From Candidatus Latescibacterota bacterium (GTDB lineage: Bacteria; Latescibacterota; UBA2968; UBA8231), in contig CBDCDC010000002.1 of the NCBI GenBank assembly GCA_965215195.1, forward strand, positions 2,688,001 through 2,752,000: DNA of 64,000 nucleotides. Reading direction: 5' to 3'. The translations under genes were made by a program, and so were the position numbers. The notes beneath the pieces are model-generated. The model had not been told where the DNA came from. It did no database searches and worked only from the letters and a program-made list of their open reading frames with translations. Within the stretch, counting starts at the first letter, position 1. Every line of letters starts with the position of its first letter. Positions 27,417-35,705 of this stretch are shown here, piece after piece.

Positions 27417-27560
27417 TAAGAGGCTGTCTGAAAACTCTGGTGGTCGTCCCTTGCGTCTAAACGATCTCGGCTGGATGGCATCCCGCAAGGTGAAGCGCGG
27501 GAATGGCGGCGACCCTGCTTGTTCAACACGACTCAAGGTGGGTTTTCAGACCGCTTCTAA
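27417..27560. mobile_element. MITE family 1, copy B
   Basis: TAAGAGGCTGTCTGAAAAC ... GTTTTCAGACCGCTTCTAA terminal IRs. Confidence 0.72.
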
Positions 27561-27591
27561 GACAGCGACCCATCGCTAACAGGAGAGAATT

Positions 27592-28728
27592 ATGCTGACC
27601 AAAGAAGGATGCCGCACGCGGCAGCAACGTCTGTGTGCGCGGCTGGCCGAACTCGACATTGACGCGGCCGTGATCAACCATCCAAAGGAAATCTACTACT
27701 TCACCGGAATTATCATCCCCGAAGAATTTCCCGGCCCGCCAGCGATCTTTTGGCTGGGGGCCGATGGGCGATCCTTGCTGATCGCGCATACCGACGAAGG
27801 CGAGCCGTGCGCCGACGAGTGTTTCACCTTTTCCTTCAACGTCGGCGGCACAGTAACGCCCGACCTGCGCGAGGTGATAAGCGGGCTAATCGTCGATGTG
27901 CTGCGCGCCAAAAAGCCGGCCGCCGGTCGCTTGGGCTGGCAGAGCGAGTTTTTGCCGCGTCGCTTGGGACTGGCGGTTGAGGAAGGGTTGGGCAAAACGC
28001 CCGCATGGTTCGCAGTCGACGACCTGCTCGCCGACATGCAGGAGGTCAAGGACCCCGACGAAATCGAGCTATTGCGCAAGGCCGTGCAGGTCGATCTGGC
28101 CGCTTATGCCGCGGCCGAAGCGGCGATGGCTCCCGGCGTCAACGAGCTGGAGGTGCTAGCGGCCGCTCAGCGAGCAGCGCATCTTGCAGCCGGTGAAAAG
28201 GTTTTCCACGACGGCGATTACCAGTGCGGCGAGCTGGGCGGTTTTGCGCGCAATCGCCCGATTGAGGCCGGGGAACTCTACATCATCGACGCTTGGTCGG
28301 TGTACCGCGGCTACTGGGCCGACTTGTGCCGCAGCTTTGCGGTGGGCCAGCCGACCGAGGTACAGCAGTCCGTGTTCGAGCACGTCAAAGGCTTTCACGA
28401 CCGCGTCGGCGACTATTTGCGGCCGGGCAAGGATGGCCGCGAGTGCGCGGTGGCCATGGACGCCTATATCCGCGAGCATCCCAAACTGGCCGACGTCGGC
28501 TTGATCCACCACGCCGGGCACAACATCGGCCTGCGGGCGCACCAGATGCCCGATCTCAACAAGGAGCGCGGCGGCACCTTGCGGGTGGGCAATGTGGTCT
28601 CGGTCGAGCCGGGGGCCTATATCCCGCAGGCGCGGGCCGGGGTGCGGCTGGAAAACATGTACCTGATTACCGAAGATGGCTTGGAAAACTTGTCGCCGTA
28701 TCCGCTGGAGTTGGGAGCGCACTGTTGA
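27592..28728 (+). CDS. M24 Xaa-Pro peptidase family protein
   Basis: VKDPDEI, GYWADLCRS, HHAGHNIGL, SVEPGAY, GVRLENMY. Confidence 0.88.
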   Translation: MLTKEGCRTRQQRLCARLAELDIDAAVINHPKEIYYFTGIIIPEEFPGPPAIFWLGADGRSLLIAHTDEGEPCADECFTFSFNVGGTVTPDLREVISGLIVDVLRAKKPAAGRLGWQSEFLPRRLGLAVEEGLGKTPAWFAVDDLLADMQEVKDPDEIELLRKAVQVDLAAYAAAEAAMAPGVNELEVLAAAQRAAHLAAGEKVFHDGDYQCGELGGFARNRPIEAGELYIIDAWSVYRGYWADLCRSFAVGQPTEVQQSVFEHVKGFHDRVGDYLRPGKDGRECAVAMDAYIREHPKLADVGLIHHAGHNIGLRAHQMPDLNKERGGTLRVGNVVSVEPGAYIPQARAGVRLENMYLITEDGLENLSPYPLELGAHC

Positions 28729-29525
28729 GCGAGGTGCTCGAATTTGCCGAAGACCTCGCCCGGTGCGCTGGTGTGATAATCGCCCAAGCACGGGCGGACC
28801 GGGTGCTGGACCTGAGCTACAAGGAAGGGATAGAGCTGTTGACGTCGGCCGATTTGCAGGCCGACCAGTTCATCCGCAGCGCGATCGAAAAGACCTTTCC
28901 CGCACACTACATCCTCTCCGAAGAGTCCTCGCCCGCCCTTGCAAATCCCGCCCAACTGCGCGGCCCCTTGTGGATCATCGACCCGATTGACGGCACCGTC
29001 AACTACGCCTATAACCAGCACCAAGTAGCCGTGTCTATCGCCTTTGCCGAAGGCGGCCAAGTGCAGGTCGGGGTGGTGCGCTGCCCGTTTGTAGAAGAGA
29101 CCTTTACCGCCCGGCGCGGTGCGGGTGCTTGGCTCAACGGCCGCGCCATTCGGGCCAGCAAGTGCAGCGAGCTACCCCGCGCCCTGATTGGCACGGGCTT
29201 TCCCTACGCCGCCGAGGCCAGAGTGGCGCTGGTGGAGCACCTGCGCCGCGTCCTCGGGCACTGCCGCGACATCCGCCGCGTAGGCTCGGCCGCTATTGAT
29301 CTCTGCTGGGTGGCAATGGGCCGGCTCGACGGCTTTTACGAGACGCTCAAGCCTTGGGACTTGGCGGCGGCAGCCCTGATTGCGCGGGAAGCAGGCGCTC
29401 GCGTCGGGCACTTACAACCCGTGCAGGGCGAGCTGCCGGAAGAATTGGACGGCCGCGACTTGGTCGCGGCTGCGCCGGGAATCTACGAACCATTGGTCGC
29501 GCTGTTGCGCGGGACCCCATCGTAG
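28725..29525 (+). CDS. suhB: Inositol monophosphatase family protein
   Basis: WIIDPIDGTVNY, RRVGSAA, KPWDLAAA; TTG start overlaps the upstream TGA. Confidence 0.88.
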   Translation: MSEVLEFAEDLARCAGVIIAQARADRVLDLSYKEGIELLTSADLQADQFIRSAIEKTFPAHYILSEESSPALANPAQLRGPLWIIDPIDGTVNYAYNQHQVAVSIAFAEGGQVQVGVVRCPFVEETFTARRGAGAWLNGRAIRASKCSELPRALIGTGFPYAAEARVALVEHLRRVLGHCRDIRRVGSAAIDLCWVAMGRLDGFYETLKPWDLAAAALIAREAGARVGHLQPVQGELPEELDGRDLVAAAPGIYEPLVALLRGTPS

Positions 29526-29560
29526 AGACGACGCTTGTATGTTGAACATCCTCATGGCAC

Positions 29561-29630
29561 TCGGGCGCACTTTGACAAGCTCAGTGCGCGTTGAGCTATC
29601 GTGGGTGCTGAGCCTGTCGAAGTGCCCCGA
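29561..29630. repeat. REP-like inverted pair
   Basis: GCACTTTGACAAGCTCAGTGC ... GTGCTGAGCCTGTCGAAGTGC long hairpin. Confidence 0.7.
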
Positions 29631-29672
29631 ATCGACGCGTCTAGCAACTCTTATATAAGGAGACGACAACCC

Positions 29673-30833
29673 ATGAAAATCAGCGACATCAAAGCCTATC
29701 CTACGTGGGTCGGCCACCGCAATCAGCTCATCGTCAAGGTCGAAACCGACGAAGGCATCCACGGCTGGGGCGAGTCCGGGCTATCCGGGCGCGAGCTCGC
29801 CGTAGTGGGCGCAGTGCGGCACTACCGGGAGTTTTTGCTCGGGCGCGACCCGCGCGAGATCGGGCGGCTCTGGCAGGAGATGTACCGCGGCCAATACTTT
29901 GAAGGCGGGCGGGTGTTGACCGCGGCGATTTCGGCCATTGACATCGCCTTGCACGACGTGGTGGGCAAGGCCCTCGGGGTGCCGGTGTACCAGCTTTTGG
30001 GCGGCAAGCAGCGCGAGTGGGTGCCCTGCTTTGCGACGACCGGAGCACCGGACCTAGAGACCTTGGTCAAAAACTGCAAGCTGCTGTTGGACAAGGGGTG
30101 GGACGTGATTCGCACGGGAATCGCCCAGCGCAAACAGTACGACGACGAGCGGCTGTTCGAGCCGCGCGAGACCATCGGCATCACGGCGGCTTGGCTGACG
30201 GAAGTGCGCCAAGAAATTGGTCCCGACCCGATCTTGGGCATTGACTATCACCATCGGCTGACGGTTGCCGAGAGCGCGTCGTTCTGCCAGAAGATGCGGC
30301 CGGGGACGCTCGACTTCCTCGAAGAACCCATCCGCGACGAGTGCCCGGAAGCCTACGAATCGCTCCGCACCATGACCGACGTGCCCTTTGCCATCGGCGA
30401 GGAGTTTGCCAGCAAATGGCAGTTTTTGCCCTATCTCGAACGGGGCATCGCGCAGTTTGCGCGGATCGACGTGTGCAACGTCGGCGGGCTGACCGAGTCG
30501 ATGAAGGTGGCGAGCTTGGCTGAGTCGCACTACATCGACCTGATGCCACACAATCCGCTGGGGCCAATCTGCACCGCCGCGACCGTGCATCTGGCGGCGG
30601 CCGTGCCCAACTTTGCGTGGCTTGAGCATCGGGTGACGCCGACCGAAGCAGGGAAGTTCATGGACGAGGAATTGTTTCCGGTGCAGTGCGAATTGGTGGG
30701 TTCCATGTTGAAGGTGCCCGAGGGGCCGGGGTTGGGCGTGGAGTTCAACGAGGAACTGGCCGCGGAGCAGGAGTTCAAGTTTTGGGAAGCGCCGCATTTG
30801 CGCCGGCGGGATGGGTCGCATACGAACTGGTAG
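29673..30833 (+). CDS. Mandelate racemase/galactonate dehydratase-like protein
   Basis: AAGGAG RBS; VETDEGIHGWGE, EEP, AIGEE, MPHNPLGP. Confidence 0.92.
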   Translation: MKISDIKAYPTWVGHRNQLIVKVETDEGIHGWGESGLSGRELAVVGAVRHYREFLLGRDPREIGRLWQEMYRGQYFEGGRVLTAAISAIDIALHDVVGKALGVPVYQLLGGKQREWVPCFATTGAPDLETLVKNCKLLLDKGWDVIRTGIAQRKQYDDERLFEPRETIGITAAWLTEVRQEIGPDPILGIDYHHRLTVAESASFCQKMRPGTLDFLEEPIRDECPEAYESLRTMTDVPFAIGEEFASKWQFLPYLERGIAQFARIDVCNVGGLTESMKVASLAESHYIDLMPHNPLGPICTAATVHLAAAVPNFAWLEHRVTPTEAGKFMDEELFPVQCELVGSMLKVPEGPGLGVEFNEELAAEQEFKFWEAPHLRRRDGSHTNW

Positions 30834-30839
30834 TGGCTA

Positions 30840-30898
30840 TTTTGAATGTTCCTCCAGATTAGTTGAACTTTTTTGGAGTTTACTCCAGAATGGTTCAG
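30840..30898. repeat. Orphan copy of the AAA-ATPase upstream region
   Basis: Close match to 32859-32917; includes palindrome TGGAGTTTACTCCA. Confidence 0.75.
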
Positions 30899-30911
30899 TG
30901 AATTCGATGTG

Positions 30912-30929
30912 GCAACTAAATATAGTTGC
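30912..30929. promoter_or_regulatory. Palindromic hicAB-type operator
   Basis: GCAACTA-AATA-TAGTTGC upstream of hicB. Confidence 0.65.
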
Positions 30930-31006
30930 TCCTCTATACAGGGGGCATACATTCTTTTTTAGGAATGCGCTTAGATGCCTAAAGCCCTTGAACAGGAGGG
31001 ACTGAT

Positions 31007-31486
31007 ATGAAAGGCATGATGACTTATAAGGGTTACACCGGCTCGGTGCACTACGACGACGACGAGCGGATTTTCTACGGCAAGCTCGAATTTATCCGCG
31101 ATCTGGTCAATTACGAGGGGACGGATGTGGACTCACTGCGCTCCGCTTTTGAGGAAGCAGTGGATGGCTATCTCGACCTATGTCGGCAGGAAGGACGACA
31201 ACCCGAACAGCCGTTCAAAGGCAGTTTTAACGTGCGGATGAGCAGCCAACTACATCGGCGGGTAGCCCTATGCGCCAAGGAGAAGGGCGCAAACCTCAAC
31301 CAAGTGGTCAAAGAGGCGTTGGAGCAGTACTTGGCTGGCGTAGCCCCCCCTTCGCCAAGTGCCTCGCGTTCCTATTGGGAGCTAATGGCAGATATACGCG
31401 CTCGACAGCAGGTGCGTGGCCATAAACCCCCAACTCGGGAAGAGGTTGATGCCGCCCTACACACTGAGCGGGAAAGCTGGGAGTAG
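31007..31486 (+). CDS. hicB: HicB antitoxin with chimeric C-terminal extension
   Basis: YKGYTGSV, FEEAVDGYL, PFKGSFNVR; preceded by hicA-like remnant KALEQEGLI* (30981-31010). Confidence 0.88.
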   Translation: MKGMMTYKGYTGSVHYDDDERIFYGKLEFIRDLVNYEGTDVDSLRSAFEEAVDGYLDLCRQEGRQPEQPFKGSFNVRMSSQLHRRVALCAKEKGANLNQVVKEALEQYLAGVAPPSPSASRSYWELMADIRARQQVRGHKPPTREEVDAALHTERESWE

Positions 31487-31594
31487 TAACCTATGCGGCT
31501 TTACCTAGATCTGGATCGCTTTAGCGGTATTAGATATGAATTGGTAACAGATGGGCCAAGGAAAACTCCCCAGCCTGAATGACTTGAGTTAAAG

Positions 31595-31669
31595 GTTTCC
31601 GGTGCAGTGCGAATTGGTGGGGTCAATGTTGAAGGTGTCGCATTTGCGCCGGCGGGATGGGTCGCATAC
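31595..31669 (+). pseudogene. Decayed duplicate of the racemase 3' end
   Basis: Matches 30674-30716 plus 30792-30823 with a 75-bp internal deletion. Confidence 0.88.
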
Positions 31670-31692
31670 CCTAGCGGCGATGCAGGCAGCCG

Positions 31693-32859
31693 TCAGAAAA
31701 TTACCTCACCGGCCCACAGCGACTGTAAAAACGCGTTCCAAGGCACAATGCGGATTGGGCCGACGACGCGCTCCGCCGGTTCATTGCAAACGACGAGTGC
31801 TTTTGAGGGCGCGTATTCATCGATAAATGCGCGTAGAGGCCGAAGGGCCTTGTCTTCTACCCGGCTCGTGCCCTTTACCTCAATGGCCACCTCGCCGCTG
31901 CCCAGCACAAAGTCAACCTCCAACCCCGACTTTGTGCGCCAAAAGTGAATGTCGTAATGTAACGCGTTATAAGAAGCGTGTGCCCTCAATTCGCAAAAAA
32001 TGAAATGCTCAAACGCCTTGCCAAAAACTGCGCCTTGCGCGTCCTGCAAATGTCGTTTCGCAAGGGTTCCGGCTACACCCACATCAAATAAGTAAAACTT
32101 GGATGCGCGCGAAATGACTTGGCGGCTTTGTCGTCTCTTGAAAGGTGCGACCATGCTGCCCAAAAGCGTATCAACGAGGATCTGATAATACTCTTTCACG
32201 GTCTTGGAACTGACGCCGCACTCGCGTGCGATATTGGAAAAGTTGGTCAACTCGCCGTGCGAGTATCCCAGCGCCTCAAAAAACCTGGAAAACGCTGGAA
32301 TATCGCGCGTCAATCCCTCGGCAAAAACCTCTTCCTTTAGGTAATCTTGCAGATATGCGTTCAGAGAGCGGCGGTATTGCATACTGGCAAAGTGATCGGG
32401 AATCAGGCCGCGATTCAAGATCGTCAAAAGATCCATATCGCCGTCGTTCAATTCATCGGTCACTAATGGAAACATTTCGTAGCGCCAAGCTCGTCCTCCG
32501 AGCAAATTGGCTCGTCCCCGCTTGAGCTTGCGCGCACTGGAACCACACAGGATAAAACGCAGCCCCTTGTTTTCAATGAGCCAATGCACTTCATCTAACA
32601 AGAGTGGTACGCGCTGCACTTCGTCCAAGATAATCGGCTGCGCCAGCAATGCTTCGGATTGTGTGAGTAGCTGTTCGCGCAGCAGGGCCGGCCGGCGGTT
32701 GAAATCCAGCATCAAATCCGTCTTAAGAAAATCATAGACCAAACTGTTGGGAAACGCCTGTTTGAGATAGGTGGATTTACCCGTCTTGCGCGGCCCCCAC
32801 AAAAAGGCCGACTGCCGCTTGGGCAAGTCCATTTCTAATCGCCGTAGATACTGAACCAT
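31693..32859 (-). CDS. AAA_14/DUF4143 family ATPase
   Basis: GPRKTGKST, ILDEVQ, CGSSA, KFYLFDVG, FWRTKSGLEVDFV, AIEVK. Confidence 0.92.
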   Translation of the reverse strand: MVQYLRRLEMDLPKRQSAFLWGPRKTGKSTYLKQAFPNSLVYDFLKTDLMLDFNRRPALLREQLLTQSEALLAQPIILDEVQRVPLLLDEVHWLIENKGLRFILCGSSARKLKRGRANLLGGRAWRYEMFPLVTDELNDGDMDLLTILNRGLIPDHFASMQYRRSLNAYLQDYLKEEVFAEGLTRDIPAFSRFFEALGYSHGELTNFSNIARECGVSSKTVKEYYQILVDTLLGSMVAPFKRRQSRQVISRASKFYLFDVGVAGTLAKRHLQDAQGAVFGKAFEHFIFCELRAHASYNALHYDIHFWRTKSGLEVDFVLGSGEVAIEVKGTSRVEDKALRPLRAFIDEYAPSKALVVCNEPAERVVGPIRIVPWNAFLQSLWAGEVIF

Positions 32860-32966
32860 TTTGAACCTTCCTCCAAATTAGTCGAACTTTTTTGGAGTTT
32901 AGTCCAAAATGGTCAAGCCGTCAAGCCGCGAGACGGCCCGTGCCGATCCAATGCGGCACGGGCCGC

Positions 32967-33131
32967 GACTTCGAAGATGCTGTTCTCCACGAGGCGGCAC
33001 GCCAAGCCGACGCCGATGCCTTAGTGACGCGCAACGAAAGCGATTTCAGAGCGGCGCTATTGGCGGTTTACGAACCGCGCGAATTGATCGCCATCGTCCA
33101 AGCCCGCCTTGCGGACCCACTTGATGAATGA
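32967..33131 (+). pseudogene. 3' fragment of a PIN-domain toxin gene
   Basis: DFEDAVLHEAA...ALVTRNESDF; no N-terminal half. Confidence 0.7.
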
Positions 33132-33142
33132 TCTTGCTGTAC

Positions 33143-33790
33143 CTAGGTACGGAGCAGTCGAGGCAACGCTGAAATGTCATTGATAACCGCAATTTTGGGT
33201 ACTTCGTTAAATTCAACTTTGCTCGTAGCACCTGATAGCACTGCAATAAAGGGCACCTTGGCCCGTGCGGCCGTTAACGCATCAACTTTACTGTCGCCCA
33301 CGTAAAGTACGTCACTAGCATCCATTTGCATTCTAGATATAGCGGTTGTCAAAGCGCCGGGATGTGGCTTGTGTTCGGCAACGTCTTCTCCGCCTATGAT
33401 GACGCCAAAGCGATTGGATAGTCCTTCTCTTGCTAGAATCTCCTCAATTCTATAGCGAAATTTCGTTGACACAATTCCCAGTTCAAAACCCATTTCGATC
33501 AATCGCTCAGTTGTCGCGGAGACGCTATCAAATACAGATGTTAAGTCCACCATAACCTGATCGGCCCGCTTGACAAAGTTGCTTGCGAACAAACTGACGT
33601 TCTGACCGTTTGCCTGCCCAGTCAAACGTAGAAAGGTGTCCTCCAAAGACATACCGATAGTTCGCTTAATTCGCTCGTCATCGGCTTGGGGCAGATTCAA
33701 CCTTTCCAGCGCAAAATTGACACACTCAATGATGCCTTTTGTTGAATCCGCTAGTGTAAGGTCGAAGTCAAAAATGATCGCCCGAGCCAT
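33143..33790 (-). CDS. HAD-family hydrolase (phosphoglycolate phosphatase-like)
   Basis: IIFDFDLTLAD, KPHP, YVGDS; lower GC than the backbone. Confidence 0.9.
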   Translation of the reverse strand: MARAIIFDFDLTLADSTKGIIECVNFALERLNLPQADDERIKRTIGMSLEDTFLRLTGQANGQNVSLFASNFVKRADQVMVDLTSVFDSVSATTERLIEMGFELGIVSTKFRYRIEEILAREGLSNRFGVIIGGEDVAEHKPHPGALTTAISRMQMDASDVLYVGDSKVDALTAARAKVPFIAVLSGATSKVEFNEVPKIAVINDISALPRLLRT

Positions 33791-33839
33791 AGCTTGTCGT
33801 GCGAATCCCTTTCTCAATACAGGGCGATGCGCCCGCTTC

Positions 33840-33906
33840 TGGTTGCCGACGATTAGGTAGGTGCCCGAAGTTGCGCGGGTGTGACGGCAATACACCCGCC
33901 GGTCGG
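33840..33906 (-). pseudogene. Decayed duplicate of the lactonase 3' region
   Basis: Matches 34379-34449 (PTGG..PRNFG..GTYLIVGN) with a 14-bp deletion and a small insertion. Confidence 0.75.
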
Positions 33907-34089
33907 TAGCGCACCGCCCGGTCCAAAAACGGCTCGGCGCTGTGTCTTACCGCGATTAGCAGAGCGGCATCGCATCGCCTAGCGCCAGCGAGTCGAGTAC
34001 GATCCGCTCGATCTCGGGGTGCTGCTCACCGCTTGAGACGCTCCAGCCACAACACCTTCACAGAGTGGACAAGCGTACGCTCTGCCTCC

Positions 34090-34263
34090 TTAGAAGCCGT
34101 CTGCTTCACCGCGCCTTTAGGCGTGACAAACCCCTGTCGGGCTGCTTTGCAAGGAGGTCCAGCGACCTCGGCATCCGGCGTTTTTCGAGGGCGAGACGCC
34201 CTCGATCCCAGCGGCTTGGAGTCAAGGCCGAGAGCGAAACCCTAGTTTTCAGACGGCTTCTTA
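34090..34263. mobile_element. MITE family 1, copy C (inverted relative to A)
   Basis: TTAGAAGCCGTCTGC ... GTTTTCAGACGGCTTCTTA; internal 28 bp is the reverse complement of 5819-5846; end coincides with the lactonase TAA. Confidence 0.75.
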
Positions 34264-35334
34264 GAACACCGGAATGAACTTGTGGCACACTGGCGATGGC
34301 ACTTCCGCCTTGTGCCCGGTCGGCGTCAGCTTCCCGGTGTCCTGATCAATTTTGAACGTGAAGATGTCGTCGGTGCTGTGGTTGCCGACGATTAGGTACG
34401 TGCCCGTGGGGTCGAGGCCGAAGTTGCGCGGGTTGGCACCGCCGGTCGGCACGATCTCCACGAGTGCGAGCTGGCCGGTGTCTTGGGCGATGGCATAGAC
34501 GGCAATGGAGTCGTGACCGCGGTTGGACCCGTAGAGAAAGCGGCCAGTGGGGTGGACGTGGATGTCGGCGGTGTGGCTGACCTCGGCATAGCCTTCGGGC
34601 AGCGTCGAGATCGTCTGAGTGGTGGCGAGCGTACCGGCGTCGGCGTCGTAGTCGAAAGCCGTGATGGTGTTGCTCAGCTCGTTGATGACGTAAGCGCGTT
34701 GGCTGTCGGGGTGGAAGGCGAGGTGGCGCGGGCCGCTGCCCGGGGCGATTTCCGCCGGCGTCTGTGCGACGAGCGTCCCCTCGTCGTGGTCAATGGCGTA
34801 GATGAGCACCTTGTCGATGCCCAAGTCTGGGGCCAAGGCGTGTTTGTTGTTGGGGGACACCATAATCGAGTGGGCGTGTGGCCCCTCTTGGCGGCCCGGG
34901 TTGACCGAAGAACCCTCGTGTTGGACGAAATCCGTGGCCGCGCCGAGCGAGCCGTCTTCCCGAATCGGCAGGATGGCAACGCTGCCGCCGCCGTAGTTGG
35001 CAACCAGCGCGTACTGGCCAGCGCGATCAATGCTGATGTGACACGGGCCAGTGCCCACGGTTGATTCGGTGTTAATGTGGGTCAAGGCTCCGCTCTGCTG
35101 GTCAATGGCAAAGGCCGCAACCGCGCCGCCGGGCCGGTCGCCGACCGCGCTAACCTCGCCGATGGCATAGAGGAAGCGGCGATTGGGCGCGATGTCTAAG
35201 AAGGAGGGGTTGTCAATGCCGCCAATGCTACTTTGATGCGCGAGCGCACCGGTGGCCATGTCGAGGCGATAGACGTGAATGCCGTCGTCATCGCCGCTGG
35301 AATAGGTGCCGATATAGACGAGATAATCGCTCAT
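34261..35334 (-). CDS. pgl: 6-phosphogluconolactonase-family beta-propeller lactonase
   Basis: YIGTY, NPSFL, ANYGGGS, PHAHS, GSGPRH, SNRGHDS; AAGGAG RBS (an upstream start with signal peptide is possible). Confidence 0.9.
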   Translation of the reverse strand: MSDYLVYIGTYSSGDDDGIHVYRLDMATGALAHQSSIGGIDNPSFLDIAPNRRFLYAIGEVSAVGDRPGGAVAAFAIDQQSGALTHINTESTVGTGPCHISIDRAGQYALVANYGGGSVAILPIREDGSLGAATDFVQHEGSSVNPGRQEGPHAHSIMVSPNNKHALAPDLGIDKVLIYAIDHDEGTLVAQTPAEIAPGSGPRHLAFHPDSQRAYVINELSNTITAFDYDADAGTLATTQTISTLPEGYAEVSHTADIHVHPTGRFLYGSNRGHDSIAVYAIAQDTGQLALVEIVPTGGANPRNFGLDPTGTYLIVGNHSTDDIFTFKIDQDTGKLTPTGHKAEVPSPVCHKFIPVF

Positions 35335-35411
35335 GGTGGAACTCCTTTGCGCTGTGAAAGCTATGGAAGGGAGGAAGAGAAGAATGAGTAGATTCCATCT
35401 CATAATACGCC

Positions 35412-35693
35412 TCATTGGCCGCCAGACACCCGAACCCTAGCGTGCTCCGGCAGAGTTTTAACGACGACTAGGGCGATGGCGTCGCAAGCGTCCGGGTGCG
35501 CGAGCACGGCGTCGGCCGAACTGGGCTTGGGAATCTCCATGCCCTCGATATGAAGTGCTAGGGCCTCGGCGGCCATTGCTCGGGCTTCCTCCAAGGTGCC
35601 GCCAGCAGTGATACAGCCGGGAAGGTCGGGGAAACTCACGCCGTAGTCGCTGTTCGGCTCCTTGTGAACTAAGCCGATATACGTTCGCTCCAT
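35412..35693 (-). CDS. hicB: Orphan HicB-like antitoxin
   Basis: YGVSFPDLPGCITAGGTLEEARAMAAEAL; no hicA adjacent; probably shortened. Confidence 0.8.
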   Translation of the reverse strand: MERTYIGLVHKEPNSDYGVSFPDLPGCITAGGTLEEARAMAAEALALHIEGMEIPKPSSADAVLAHPDACDAIALVVVKTLPEHARVRVSGGQ

Positions 35694-35705
35694 TTCACAG
35701 ATCGG

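Noticed and set aside
31602-31826. 74-aa ORF as a real gene
   Set aside because: It starts in the decayed racemase duplicate and runs antisense into the ATPase gene.
33791-33895. N-terminal extension of the HAD ORF
   Set aside because: GTYLIVGN derives from the lactonase duplicate; the HAD motif I begins at 33790.
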